From Paraphysomonas bandaiensis (taxonomy: Eukaryota > Protista > Chrysophyceae), in contig CBFFRP010000138.1 in assembly GCA_965644295.1 (NCBI GenBank), positions 1-64,000 on the forward strand: a stretch of DNA of 64,000 bases, written 5' to 3'. Below are positions 33,224-47,363 of the stretch, piece by piece (the first letter of the stretch is position 1; each line of letters opens with the position of its first letter). The translations under genes and the position numbers were made by a program. The notes below the pieces were generated by a model. That model made no database searches. It worked only from the letters and a program-made list of their open reading frames with translations, and was not told where the DNA came from.

Positions 33224-35925
33224 CTACCTAGTGGAATCAGTAATCACTGCGATATCCAAAAACGGAAGCTTAGTCTTTAGCGATCGCACCATGTTGGCAG
33301 AACGATCTACCTCGAAATTATCTGGATAAGCCTGTACCAGAGCTTTCAAAGGACCAATGCGGATACCCCCACCAAATTTACGTCGCAGTAGCTGCTTCAA
33401 TTTTGTCATCGGGACAAAACTATCCCCACATTGATTGGTCAAAATATCCGTAATTGCCTGACAGAAGAGGTAATCTCCTATTTGATTTTTTTCCCATCTC
33501 TTTTGTGGAACGTAATACGTATCGCATAGGGTATTCATCACATCGTGAACAGCTTGGGGAAGCTGTTCTCTAGGCAAGATAGTCAACCCCTCAGCTGACG
33601 AGTCATCAAAAAAAGTAAACGCAAAGTGCGGTGTCCCGCCAGGGGTAGAAAGTGGACTCGAAGCATATCCAGATGGACTCGACTCATTTTCTTTACCTTC
33701 CATCATGGAAGTAATAATTGGGGCTGGGGCAGCTCTCCGAAAAGTTCCGCGAGGAGAAACCAACGGTTGGGAACTCTTTTCTTTGTCAGCAGATCCTGAG
33801 CTATCAGTATGCTTTAACGGTGAAGACGGTGGTGCAGCAACACTATTCGAGCTCACTGTGAGCTTTGGTGATTCCGGTTCAAGAAGTAATCCAGGTGGTG
33901 GAGAAACCGCTCGTACAGCAGAAGTTTTTCCAAAAGCAACTGACTGATCACTGTATGCAAGTGGTGGATCTGTGGCAGTTTGATTGTGCTCCTCCACGAG
34001 GCCATTTTCTGACGATCCGGCCTGGGTGGAAAGAGGAGCATGTCCCTCACTATTATGCTCATGAACTGTCGTTAACGGAGTGCTCGTCCCAGAAGGAGAT
34101 CCTGGGTGTTCCTGGTCCTGAGTAGACTGGCTGGCATCAGTGGCAACCGGAGTCGGAGGAACGCAGCCTTCTGGAGCCAAACTTAAGACATTCCGCCATT
34201 TGGCTAACATGGGGCTCTTTAAAGACGCTCTTGCTATATTTGACGACCGGAACCATACCATGCCAGTTTTCTTCGTACCTTGGAAGTCGATAGATACTTT
34301 TTCAACTACATTCTGACCACCGAAATCGGTCCACAGTTGATTGCCAGATACACTTTCTGGAATGTCAGATATGAACAAGCATCTAGACTCCGGCTGGCTA
34401 TTGGGCTGGGATGCTGGTTGAGGTAATTGAGATATAGGATGCGTGACTAGAGTCGGAGATGTTGATAATGTGCCGGAGTCAGACACAGGGCTTTGCGGCG
34501 AGGAGGGGGATGGTGGAACCAGCAATTCTACTTGGTCATTTTTCGGTATACGATGAACAGCAAATGTCTCACTGTAGAGCTCCAATAGCACTAACAAGCC
34601 ACCATATACACACTTCGTGCGAGATAAGGCATCCTTCCCTATCCTATCCCTTAGTGCATTGGCCAGCTCGACCGATTTAAGACACCGTTTTGCTGTCTCA
34701 GCTAGAATAGCCTTCGCATGGTTATATATGGTCGCTTCTAGTTCCAAATCCCGAGCGATTTCTACCTGTGGAGTTCTAGATTGTGTTGGTGGAAGTCCTT
34801 GAGAAAACGTGGGAGGAGATTGCTGAGGAGGTTGCACTCCCCCATTGGATTGAGACCTCAAAGGACGAGCAAAAGTGGGCTGAGATCTCAAATGAGATCT
34901 AACGCCACCAGCTGTTTCATAGGTTCCCTGATGATAGCCACCCACAGGCTGCTGTTGCTGAATCAAATATCGTTGTGTTTCTATCCCTGACGATACGTGG
35001 GATCGCGACCTTGGCTGGTTCGTAGGTCGATAATGCCGTGAGTCCACATGTTGTGATGGCAAGTACCTACTGGAAGAAGCACTAGTTCGCGGGTAGGGTT
35101 GTTGAATAAGACCAGCAGATCTTCGCTCAGTTTCTTGATGGAGAAAGTTTAATTCACGGCTGCCACTAATGGAGGTCGATGGGTAGTAATTTGAGTAATC
35201 TCCACTACCCTCTGTTTGCTCCATGAGTCCAGTGAGCCAGTTTGTGCCATCTCTGTCGCTACTGCGTCCCCTATCATTCATACCTACATTAGGCCGCCAT
35301 TCACTTTCCTTCTCTTTACTATTGAACTGATAGTCATGGCCCCAAAGCGATGAGGGGTATGATGAATGCGCGGAGGAGATGCCTTGGTTAGATAACATGC
35401 CGCGGTAACTGTGCTCTTCACCAAATTTAGCCTGTTCATGACCATGTTCACTATGACCACTCGAAATAACTTCATGTTTAGTGGGACCTAGAGAAGAAAA
35501 AAATGAACAAACTGTGGTAAAATGTCACCAAATAACATACCTACTACAGTTCGATTTGCATCTCCAACACACAGAGGAGAATATCCGAGCCCACGATTAT
35601 CCATTCCATATGATATATCATCACACTCATCTATTCGAGTAAAACTATGGTGACCACCATTAGACGGAAATTCCGAATAGTTGGAAGTGAAGTAATCACG
35701 TGGTTTGTTATGGCTTGTATGGTGATAATCATGACTATAACCCATACCATCCCCTTGTTGTCTATAAGAGGTCATGTCAGCATAATGAGACGATTTCAAT
35801 CCGTGATCTTCGGTTCGGAGGTGACGGAGCACTCCCATTGATTTAGATTGATGTGATGATATCTGGTGTCGAACTCTATCATGGTTATTGTCATGATAAC
35901 TACTATCAGCTATACTCCGCTCCAT
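33224..35925 (-). CDS. RNA-binding protein with an RRM and two LOTUS/winged-helix-like domains in disordered linkers
   Basis: 724-aa ORF plus upstream exon; RCLFISDIP...GMVWF (RRM-like); two helical segments ending GGLLVLLELYSETFAV and GPLKALVQAYPDNFEV. Confidence 0.65.
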
Positions 35926-36427
35926 AAAGGCTTATATATGTTTTTTATAAGAATTTTTGCGCGTCCAGTACTCCTGGGGTGACGCGCGACAAGTCCTCTA
36001 TCAGCTCACGAGGTAATTAACAAGGATATCGCCCGACTGGATCCTTTTAGTTGTACTATATTTTATTGAACTTAACTTGATGTGTTGGCTAACATTGTAA
36101 CATATTTCCGTCGCAAGAAATTATGATTTTTTTGAAGATTTTGTTTCTAAATAGGCACAATTTCACTCATTTGTACTTATAAAACCATAATTTTCATTGG
36201 ATTTTGAGACATATATTAGGGGTTTGGGATTACTGACATAGAGTTGTGTTGTGAAATGACCATAGCTGAATAGTATCTTTAAACGATTAGTGATTTCAGT
36301 TTTGTAGTTTGGGACGGTTTCAATACATTGTTCTCTTACTATTTAAGATGTGACCATTCTACATAGAGACGAACGAAGACTGTTGAACTAGCTATTTATT
36401 TATTATCTTATCTACTCGTCGCATAGG

Positions 36428-38088
36428 ATGTCGGTGGGTGAGAAATCTACCAGTGAGGTGTTGGAACAACTCCAAGATAAAGGTGACTACTTCACACGGC
36501 TCATTATCATCGAGCGGAAGCGTTTGGCAGATCTAGAGGAAGCATACATCCATATCATGGGTGAAATTGAAAATTATCGTATGAGGGCTAAGAAAACAGC
36601 CATCGATATTATGAATTTAAATATATTGACCCCTAATCCCGCCTACCAGAAAGCTGATGGGTGTGAGATTCAGAAACAAGCTAATCTCGTAACTAACAAG
36701 ATGATGCACATATTAGAGGCTAAGTTGAATAAGCTTTTGCAGCGTAGGAGTAATGAGCAAAATAGAAATCGTCAAAAGAAAAAAGACATCGATCACATGA
36801 GACGATTGAGAATCCAAACTGACTCTGCACACAAGAACTATGATACAGAATTATCTACATTGAAAGAAAAAACGCAAAAGCTTATGTCAGAATGCACTGG
36901 TGTCATGGAAGCTCGTGAGCGAGTAATTGAAATGAAAGAAGCTCTCGAAAAAGCTAATGCAGAAGAGCAGGAGAAATTTGAGGAAGAATTTGAAGAAATG
37001 GGCCACTACATCAAAGATCAAAACGTCAGTCTGGAAGAAACGCTGTTAAAAGAGCGAAATACCGATATTATTGACGACTTTGAGTTCCAAAATGGAGACT
37101 TGTCTGTGGAAGAGGAAGATGAGATGGCGGGTAGGGTCGGTCAATTAACTAGTTTTGTAGCTAGTGAGCAAAACTCCTTGGCCAGCATTCAGCGCACTAT
37201 TTACAATTACGAGAAGATGTTTACCGAGCTTAAGCGTATCACTCAGACAGAAAGCTTGGATGAAATAATTTCTACTTATGCAGCACAAGAAGAAGAAATG
37301 TTTTCTTTGTACAACTATATTCAGAGTCAAAATACAGAGATTGAGCTTGCTCTCGAGCACAAGAATAGATTAGAAGAGGAGGTCAAAAAGTAAGTTGTGA
37401 AGTCATAGTGTAATGTTCGTAGTGCATGAGTATATGTTGTATCGTGGCTGTACACTACGATGCTGCACCACACGATGTACATTGTGGTAACTGTTTGATA
37501 CACAGATACGAGGAGCACCAATTAGATCAAGAATATCAGCGGAAGAGTATACTGGACTCCCTTCAAGCCCGTTTACAGAGTACTTTAGATGCCACCAAAT
37601 CATGTGAAGAAGAGAACCGTAAAAATCACGATAGTGTCCAGCAAATAGCCAAAAAAGTTCAGAGCTTGTTCTTCAAGCTACAGTGTGATCAGATGGATAC
37701 AGCAAAGGGATCAGCTGCGATTGTCAAGGGCTCTAAAAGTGGATCGTCAATGTCCCGTAATGAGTCAAAAATAGCAATTTTAACTGGTCAAGGGGTAGCT
37801 GAGAGTAATGTTCTGGACTACATGGGGGCCGTTGAGCAGAGAGCGGTGGATATTATAGGCGATTATATTCGCTTCCATGGCGGACATACTGAAGGACCTA
37901 GATCGCCCACTCCTGGTCCATCTTCCCCAATGCAGTGGCCCGCGACGACAAATGTGGAATTGCCTGAGTTTGACGAGGATGAACTATTTGTTGATAGGGA
38001 CGACTTGGACAGCAAACCGATTGATTTGGGTACGTTCAAAGAGAAACTCAATAAGAAAATGAACTTCAACGGGGCGAAGACAATGTAG
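36428..38088 (+). CDS. Outer dynein arm docking complex subunit (ODA-DC2/ODAD1/CCDC114-like), 2 exons
   Basis: Long coiled coil with EEEMFSLYNYI and NVLDYMGAVEQR; intron about 37391-37505. Confidence 0.75.
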
Positions 38089-39839
38089 ATATAAGTATGT
38101 TGAAATGATTTATACTAGCCTCACACGTTATCCGTATATTTGTGTGATTGATGTATATTATATATAAGTGTTACATATGTCATAGTACAAATAGTGTCAC
38201 GAAACAATTGGTGTATTGACATTAATTTATGGTTGTATTTGTCTAATAGTTCATGATGTGGAATTAAAAGATAACTCTTCGTCATTCGTCATTAATTCAC
38301 TATTTTAAACCCAAAGTGCTCAGAGAAGTTACTAGTTGTGGAGAGTAATTTATATTTCGTAGCAGTACTACTAGCTACTAGAAACTAGAAAAGGTAGCTA
38401 ACCAAGTATGTGCTCTAGCGTGATGTACACCAAGTAGAGAATTATAAAAATATTTTTTAATCTTGTCAATTCGATACGATAACTGTTTCAAGTATCAGTG
38501 GAATAGGTTATATGTAAAGTGTTGTAGTAGGCGCACATGTGCATGATCTAAGTTATGTTGTTCATTAAGCAAGTGCCAAACCAAGAAGTTTAGTTCTATA
38601 TAAAATGTGTTAATTATATATTACAAGTCACGTTTACGAAATCTTACTGTATTCTACAAAATTTAACATAAAAACTCCCATATTACGTCACTATCATCGC
38701 TGGAACTAGACTACAATCTACACCGAATCTCCCGCCACTGGTCGGCGGGGCCTATGTACTGAGTGCTGTACCGAAGAGCATACAGCTAAATATACCCACA
38801 TCATCGGTGGAAGCATCATTGAGGGTGTTCGATCCGCTTTGCTGATTGTCCTGAATGCAGATATAAGGCAATGCAGGTAAAATATTACCACATGATATAC
38901 ATATCAGCATTCATGCACTGCATGTCAAAGAAATCAGCACCTCATGTATCCTTAACACGGCCCCTCCCGTGGAAGAATTTCTGCATTCTCGTGGAGATGG
39001 TACAACATAATCAGCAAATTCATCTGCCGTAAAGCAAAATTTAAATATCAGGAATATAACATAGGAGATGTATTGGAGGTAGTGGTGTAGCACATGTGCT
39101 GCTGTTATACTACAGGCACTATACAACCATACAAAGTCTATAGAAATCTCACGTAACGTAGATGTGTTAGGAGAGTACCTGGAGACGGATGATGTTTCTT
39201 CCTACTTGTTTTCGGCCTGCCATAATTATCTGGTGAGAAATGACCATTTTCTTTAATAAATCCGCTCATGAATATGATATGAGAGTATCAATTGATTGAT
39301 ACTGAAGGTAGGTAGAAGAGGTCTAGTTATATGACTCCGTTTGGAAGGTAAGTTAATTGGTGAGTGTACTATGCTACACACGACACTTCTGCCTTATATA
39401 TACAGCAGTACGCATGCTGTGTATGTGTATAGAATAGTAAAGTCGAGATTTTAATGATACGATTATCGAATACTGCACATATACAGCGTACTGATACTGC
39501 TGTACCTGAGAATAGAAGGAATACAGAATACAGAATACTTCTTTATCTCTTGTCACCATAACGCGAGTGCAATGTAAGATATAGGCAGCGTACTGTTGGT
39601 ATACGTAGTATATACGGTATACAGCAGTATACTCCTCACAGGTCGATGTATTATCATGCACTGCAGAGTGCTGCATGCTGTACAGAGTGGTGTGTGTGTG
39701 ATAACTGTTTGTTGATATACTTACTCTTACGTCAGGTTGGCTGATATTCCCACCAGCTCACCACCACCCTATATTGACCTTTCATGCAACCATCGTACAA
39801 CTGAGATCATAAAGAGGGTTTGTTAACATCACAGTTAGC

Positions 39840-40652
39840 ATGAGTAATGTCATGTCTGTTGTGGAGACTGCCAGCGAAGATGTTGCCTCTGATTTGATGG
39901 ATTCGAAAGGCGTTGTGTCTGTATCTTTACTCGACGACGAAAGCGATTACATGAATTCAATCGACGCAGAGGTTAAATGTCTTCTTGTTGCTGAAGACAA
40001 AACCGTGTTACGTGATATTGAGCTCGAGAAGGGGGTCATATCTGTTCGACAGATTGATGATGTCTCTGCTGCCTTTTCCGACGATTTGAACTATATCCCT
40101 GATGCTAAACACGATCATGAAGCCGGATTTATATTGAGTGACAGCCCATATAGTGAATACAAACCGTCAGACCCTAATTTTGTGCTTCTGGATGCGTCGG
40201 ATGAAGTCTCAGGAAGTAAACCAATGATACGTGGCAAGGTGAATTATGAAAAGATGCACGACAACAAATTCAGTGAGGGTGATGCCGTTGATGATATCAA
40301 CACTACATCAGAGATTGCGGAATCTGTGCCCACTTCTGTGGCCGCAGTATTAGCAGCAGCAGATCGTGATGCCGTATCAGAGTTAGCTGAAGACAAGGGA
40401 GTTTTCTCGGCATCGATTCTTGATGACAAATGTATGATGTCCGATCTTGAACACGACCAGGGAGCGATTTCGGATGTCATTGTTAGCAATGAAATGGTAT
40501 CTGATGTGCTGGACAGCAATGCTGTCATATCTGTTGTAGTGGCTGAAGATAAATCAGTTCTCGAAGAAGTTTCAGATGACAAGAGAGTCCTGTCGCTATC
40601 AGGCATTAAGAACAAAACGCTAATTACGGATCTAGCTGATGAATACGGTTAG
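39840..40652 (+). CDS. Acidic protein exon with degenerate (A)EDKGVxS repeats
   Basis: 270-aa ORF with SKGVVS, AEDKTV, EKGVIS, AEDKGVFS, AEDKSV, DDKRVLS; gene limits uncertain. Confidence 0.55.
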   Translation: MSNVMSVVETASEDVASDLMDSKGVVSVSLLDDESDYMNSIDAEVKCLLVAEDKTVLRDIELEKGVISVRQIDDVSAAFSDDLNYIPDAKHDHEAGFILSDSPYSEYKPSDPNFVLLDASDEVSGSKPMIRGKVNYEKMHDNKFSEGDAVDDINTTSEIAESVPTSVAAVLAAADRDAVSELAEDKGVFSASILDDKCMMSDLEHDQGAISDVIVSNEMVSDVLDSNAVISVVVAEDKSVLEEVSDDKRVLSLSGIKNKTLITDLADEYG

Positions 40653-42410
40653 TATATTATTACAACTAATTTGTACGGAGTATGATCGTACATGGTTTTC
40701 TCTAACTTGTGCTGCATATAGAAAGATGAATTACATTGTGTTGTGTCTTTCAAGAATGTGGCCGATGTGCTGTAGTGAAAGTATGTGAGTTGTGGCCAGC
40801 ATTATAATCGTAGTGGCATTATATTATTATTGTTGCGAGACTGGCAATCAAGGTATATGAGTAGCGATATATGTCGCCCTATTTTACGGAGTATTTGTTG
40901 AAGTAAAGACATTGGCACTTTTCGGAGTTGTAGCTAGTGAAAAGCAACTGGAAAGGAGATATATTGGTTAAAAGTGTTCGCCACTATAGTTTTTGCGATT
41001 GGCCTCGCACAAATAATAATGATTCAAAATAGTCAATTTTAAGTTGAATATCTAGTCCTAAATTATGCACGCAGATACCTAATACACAACACTGTAAACC
41101 TTCACCGTAATATAATAAATAATGAATGGTCAGACGAAGCTATTAAAATACAGTGACAAAGCAATTCAATATTCAATACTACAGACAGCTAATATATAGT
41201 ATATTCTGTTTATACTGTGTATACATAATACTGAGAAAAAAACAATATATTTTGGAAAAGAAGCATTAGCTTCACTGCTTGTAGTCAATGCAATTTTAAG
41301 AAGATGCGACGCACTTCTTAAAGTGCAGAAATAACTGTACTTTTCCAATGATCAAGGGCGCAATTACAAAAGACCACGAAATATAACTTTTAGTGCATTG
41401 TTAATGCTAGGAAAGGAATAAAGGATGAAAAAAATACACCGAATGATGGCACCAACAACGAGCATTGCATCAGGCGGGGCAAGAAAACAAAAGAGTGAGT
41501 TACGCATGATTCAAAAGAGACATTAAAACCAAGAAGATACTAGTCGTCCAGATGTTATATGCACTGGTATGTTCAGCAAGTAAGATTTATATGAGGAGCA
41601 TTTTGATTTAGGATCTAGTAATAGCTTAATATCTCGGCATATGTGATAAAAGCTGGGGACAAATTAAAGAAACATGCAGTGGGTTGAAAAACTATTGATA
41701 AAATAGCTTATGGGAATAACGTACAAATTCAAGAATACCTACCAGCTAGAGTGAAGTTTCAAGATGGAGAGAAAGCATATAGCGCGAAAGTAAACTTGTT
41801 TGTAATGTGGGGCTTGACGAATGACATTATTATATAGAACTATCCGTGACACGTTAGCACTTTGCAAAATGGTGCATACTATGAGTGCAGGAGCAGCCTT
41901 GAGTATTATCATGCGGTTATACGTGGTCTATATTACAAGGCAGGATATAAGGCGTCTAACTGCCGTCCATGAGATAATATGAACCCAGAGGCTTCCCACT
42001 GAGGCTGTCCAGGAAAATGAGTTAAAGAAAGTAGTAGTGATGGTCTCTTGGAAGTTTAATTAATTAGATGTATTGAAATACTAGTCAACGAGGTGCTCGA
42101 GGCGGGTGTATCTGGACTTCGTAAGAGATGAGAAAGATACGCATGGTGGATGAGGACACAGGAGCACATGCAGAGAGAATAGGGGAGCGATTGGATTGAA
42201 GTGTTAAAAGTATAAAAATACTAGCTTTCTCTATAAATGACTAATTTCTAAAGCCAGACTTATATAAATCAGTATTTTTTGTGAATACTTGTTGTTTCCA
42301 CAATGTTTTTTCCGTCATATTTAAATGATGAGAGTCGTCTCACAGTCTCGCTCATAGAAGTAACTTACTGAATGAACGTGTCCGTAAGTTGGTTATTGAT
42401 CAAGTAACAT

Positions 42411-44712
42411 ATGAACCACCGCTCCACCTCAAACACAGGTGCAATACACCGCCTGGTACGCCTGATAATACCTTTCTTCCTGTCCCTCTCTGGATATGTG
42501 TGTGCGGACAAGAGTTTATCCCCTAGAGTTAACAACTGCAGAGCCGCGAAGATTAAATTCTTAGATGAATCAGGAGAACCTACCTCCTGGCCGATATATC
42601 TAGACTACCACTGTATGGATAGGTAACATGATGTTTATCGTATGATATTAATGGACTACCGCTGCATGGATATATTGAGTATGGACCGACACTTGAATAA
42701 CCATTGCAATGATAGGCCGGATGGGTACATTATAACTGCCAGTAATGGGTCTCATTCATGGGAAGGATTGTACGAAGAATACAGCAGACATAATAATGCC
42801 CCTACGTATGAATATATCCTCGACAATGGAACCACATTCTCGCTACGGCAAATATCAGATACGAAAACGTGTAAGTGGGTGCTCTCACAAGGACAAACAC
42901 ACCTATATTACTCCCTTTGTGGCCCCCAACCCCTAATCATCTCGAAAAACGGTTGGACACGGATGGGAGGTTCTAGAAGAAAGTTTAAGAAGCAGGGAGT
43001 TCCTGTTGTTGAGCGGGTGGAGTTTGAGAAACCTAAATTATTGTCCAGAAACTTGTACTTGAGTGAATTAATGCTAGTAAGTATGTGTGCGCGTGTTAGA
43101 TATGTCTTATCGAAGTAGAGAAATGTTTATCATTCTAAAGTGTACCTACCTTGTCACTGTGATATAATGTATAGTCTTGAGTACCTTAATCCTTGGACAG
43201 GATTTGCCACCTATTGATGAATTTCAATCTGTTAACACCGTTGATATTGCCGCTCTAAGAGACATGATGCATCCTGCAGTCTCACGTGGTTTAGGATTTG
43301 AACTACGTAACCGATATACGTCCGTTATTGACAGACCATTTGATTCTATCAGCATCGACAATCTTTTTCGTACGGAACTTCTTAAGAAAAGTTTGGATTT
43401 TGTCAAGGTACAAGTCTGTGGTGTATCTGTACTAGTCTCTGACGCATCTGGAATTTGCAAGTACATTGCTTATATATATTATGTATACACTAGACATACT
43501 GAAATTCATATTCCGCAGATACTGTTCCTTCTAAACCATTTTCGTGTATTAGATATAATGTTCTGGTGTTGTAGGTACCTGCAAGTGAATGGGTCGGACC
43601 AGAAACAGCTGCACATTGTTGCAGGGGGAAATATAGGTTACCCTTCAGTAAGTGGATGCTCAGGTGGGACGTGTAAAGTACAAGAGACCGTAGAGTACTA
43701 TTATGTTTACTTACGTTGCGCTTCATACTTGCGTCTTATGCTGCAGAGTAATAGTTTGCTGTATTTGGTTGTGGATTTTTTGGTCAAAAACATGTTATTA
43801 GTTATACCAAGACGTCAGTTAACAGGTACTTTGACAGCAAGTGGTCTAAAGCAGTTCGTGCCTTGGTGTATGATGATATCTTCATAGCCTTTTTGGAGGG
43901 CCTTACAGGTTACAATGAAATTGTAGTGGTCTTATCATATCGCTGATATGGATGTATAGGAATTAATGGTTTAATACCAATGCACATCGATGAGGAGCAG
44001 ATGCAGTGGGCTGGGTCTAATATCATTCGGGTAGAGTCTGGCGGCTTGTTGTACGTGCACAATGATGTAAGTTCTTGAAGTTGCTTCTCTGATGTTAGTA
44101 CAACATTGATAATAATCCTTCTGTAACAGTTTAATATGTGGAATGGTCTTTATCGGCGGGTGAATGTGCTATTGTACTTGAACGAAGACTGGCAGGCCAG
44201 CTGGTGTGTTAATTGTAATTGCGGAGTATATATGAGTAGATCACTACAGTTTTGTGTATACGTTGTGAAATTTTATATGTTCTTGAAGGGGCGGCCACTT
44301 GGAGCTGTGGGGAGAAAACAACACAAGATATGATCACCGTATTCTTCCTATATTTAACCGAGTTACTATTTTCTCTGTTACGGATGATGCGTATCACGGT
44401 CACCCACTTCCACTAATGACTCCGGATGGTGTATATCGGTATTAGATTGTATTTACGCATTGCAACTTGTGTACGCTAACATAGCTTTTGTCGGATACGA
44501 ATAGGTATGGTTTACAGATCGTGTACTACACCAGAGAACGAGGAGCGACAGTTTCTTCTCGCCCTGGTGTGAAAAGAAAATATTCTCATGCCCACGGTGC
44601 AATATTTCAACCGCCATGCAATGATGGAGCTATTGATGTACATGTACGGGATTTATGCAGTGCAGTGAATGCGAGTAGTATGAATACCTTATGTGAATGT
44701 AGCTCCAGGTAG
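42411..44712 (+). CDS. 2OG-Fe(II) oxygenase superfamily protein, multi-exon, signal peptide
   Basis: GGLLYVHND, RRVNVLLYLNEDW, GGHLELW, FNRV...DAYHGHP exons (HxD...H triad). Confidence 0.8.
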
Positions 44713-44971
44713 TATAACTGTAATTACATATATATTAGCCGTTTTTGGTGTGAGTTTAGTCTGAAGTGAGTAATTTTATGCTGTTGTTTAAGATTTTCGA
44801 TTTAAACTGATGAAATTTAATGACTGACAGTGTTTTAGTGATTAGATGTTAGGTGTAGTGAAACCAATCAGTGCAACTACTAGATGACATGTATAGCGAC
44901 ATATTTTTCTCAATTTGAATTGAGTGTTGTGTAATTTCAGATACTATTATACTAAATCTAGTGTCTACTAC

Positions 44972-45451
44972 TGAATGTTTTATTATCTTATTATTAGCAA
45001 TAGGCGTGTAAGAGTCAGAACTATTGTAGCCAAATAATTAACTAACTAGTGCTAAACTCTAATATCCTACTATTTGGTGCTACGGAAGCTGCTTGTGCGT
45101 CTGCAAGCACCAAGGTGAAACCACTTCCGATTTCTCTGTCCTTAAGGTGAACAGCCCGAATGCTTGATTTCAGTAGGCAGCCCAATGTCCCAAATGCCAT
45201 TGAGGTGGGCTCATTCCCGGGTGGGTGCTCGACTTTAGTAGGCAGTAAGTAGCGCAATACCCCGGATGCCTGTGTATTCGTTAAGGCCCAAAGACGTCTA
45301 CACAAGTGACACTTATCAATGTCCCTTGTACCACACAAGTAGTCGGCTATATGAGTGGACAGAACAATATCTGCTAACTCACCTTAGTTTCCCGGAGAAA
45401 TATCCCCGGTATTTATCCCCCAGAAGACCACAAAGAGGTCTTTGTTGAGGG
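44972..45451 (-). mobile_element. Near full-length SINE-like retroposon (about 480 bp)
   Basis: Contains both the head (...TTTGTTGAGGG) and the shared tail (TGAATG...GCAATAGGCG...GCACCAAGG...CCACTTCCG). Confidence 0.8.
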
Positions 45452-45602
45452 GGTGTATAGGGTGAGGGTTAGGGTTAGACTTAATGCATTATTCTATGTC
45501 AACATAATATATATATAGAACAAATAAAAAGTCAACTGCTGATGCTTAGTAAGCTTTTAGTTTAAGTTATGGGAGTACTATACCACCTAAACTACTGGAA
45601 AT

Positions 45603-45691
45603 CGGGGCCTGGAAACCATAAATGGCCCAATAATGGGTGCCCAGTTCCCGGAAATTATAATGGCATTACCATTAATGCTTACCAGGCCCTG
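45603..45691. mobile_element. 89-bp hAT-type MITE, same family as 31906-32269
   Basis: CGGGGCCTGGAAA ... TTACCAGGCCCTG; perfect 8-bp TSD CTGGAAAT. Confidence 0.85.
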
Positions 45692-46539
45692 CTGGAAATA
45701 CTTTACAAGAATAATATTTTGTGTACCCCGATAAACTCAGTCAAAACACTGAGCTTCTTCAAGAATCTGCTGAGCATTATTCTTGATAGTATTTGCTTGT
45801 TATTAACAACGGACTTGGTTATTTTACCACTCACTTTTTGGCTTCACTGAAACACACGCAGCAACAAACGCCTGCTGCACACACGTTTTACATTCGTTTC
45901 GTTATCTACAGAATCTCTACTTTGTACAATAGTTTCATTTGGTTAGCTACGTCTAATCAGAACTATATCTACCTAATTGGTGTTCATATACGTTGATCGA
46001 TTCATGGTCAGGTTGTTGTAGCTTATATTTCCAAAGTTATAATTATGATATAGCAAATACCAGACCCAATCAAAACCCTGAGATATATATTGGGCGTATG
46101 AAGTTTTAAGCTACTAGTATAAATTTAGAGTGCTGTTATTAGGTGGCAGTGGCAGTTACCTGTGTTACTATCTGATACTTCTATTACCTTGAAATCCTGA
46201 TCGTGTTGAAATATATATTTATTATTACATGAATCTTTTAAAATTGTTTTGCTAGTCAACTTACAACATTCAAAGTGTGGTGGTATACGTTTCTAAAGAT
46301 AAGCAATACCAGTGGGCAGATTCCGGATGATGCATACATCATGCATCATACATAATACATATTCCAGGTCAGTGATAGGGAACAATATAACGTATAGCAG
46401 TATATTGTAAAATATATTGTTCGGTGGACTGGTCAAATATTCTATCAATATTGTTTATGTTAAAGTAGCTCACAATATATTGCAATATCTTGCAATCAAT
46501 ATTATGATAGTCTATGCATATAAATCTCCGTTCAGACAG

Positions 46540-46800
46540 TGATTATTGCAACAATACAGAGGATGATGAAGCTGAAATTGGCTATGCGGAAAAAATTCTT
46601 CAATCAGCTCAAAAATTTAAGAAATGGAAAGTTGAAATATCTAAGTACAGGTGCACGAGTTATGTATGTAGTGTGTACTTCCAATACATGTGAACGCCTG
46701 TTCAGCGCAGCAAAACTGCACTTAATATGCTGTTGTTTTTGAAAGCTAACCGACAGTTGTGGCCGGATGCAAGCATATTTCAATTAATATTGGATGAATA
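46540..46800 (+). pseudogene. hAT transposase C-terminal (dimerisation domain) remnant
   Basis: TSNTCERLFSAAK then MLLFLKANRQLW across a deletion/frameshift. Confidence 0.7.
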
Positions 46801-47363
46801 TGGTGATGATTATCAAGTGACCTTAGACCTTATAAAGACAAATACTAAAAATGGAAACTACGGTTGTGTTTACTTACTGATTAGTCATACTAATATATGG
46901 CAATATATTTTTCCCTGTTCCTGTTCCAGATGGATTTGAATGAACATGGTGATGATGTGATCGAAATGATTAGAGCTATAAATGAAAATTATATCATTGT
47001 CATGAACCTAGAACTTAGCTGCTGGTTAATGATACTTATACTATATTGCAATAGGACGCTAGTCAAAGGGTACACCTTCACAGATTTGGTGGAGCTTATT
47101 TCTAGTGATTACTTTCAAGCCTACTGTAAAGTTTGTACAATGGAATACACAACATAGTTCTAGTGATAAATGGAGATCCTTGTGCTAATTGCAATGATAT
47201 GCATTGCTAGACATTTCCAATCATATGAAATTACTCCCTTCCATACAATACAATCATTCAAACCAAAAGTATTCATTAAACTTAAAGAACCCATGCGAAT
47301 TCATTAATAGCATTAGTTTTTTTTCATGGCTACTTCAAACGCATTCTTTAATTCCAACACCAA

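Noticed and set aside
41400-42200. Purine-rich stretch that looks like decayed coding sequence
   Set aside because: No sustained frame or recognisable motif; cannot be assigned
45042-45448. ORFs 45042-45338 and 45266-45448, and the many 60-110 aa antisense or AT-rich ORFs elsewhere
   Set aside because: They fall in non-coding repeats, introns or opposite real exons, with no domain signal
44972-45451. Resemblance of the dispersed structured repeat to IS200/IS605 omega/HEARO RNA or Fanzor ends
   Set aside because: No TnpB/IscB/Fanzor ORF in the window; 12-13 bp TSDs, TA tails and 5' truncations indicate target-primed retrotransposition
45459-45478. AGGGTGAGGGTTAGGGTTAG telomere-like repeat beside the SINE head
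   Set aside because: Only about three units, interstitial, and not present next to other copies
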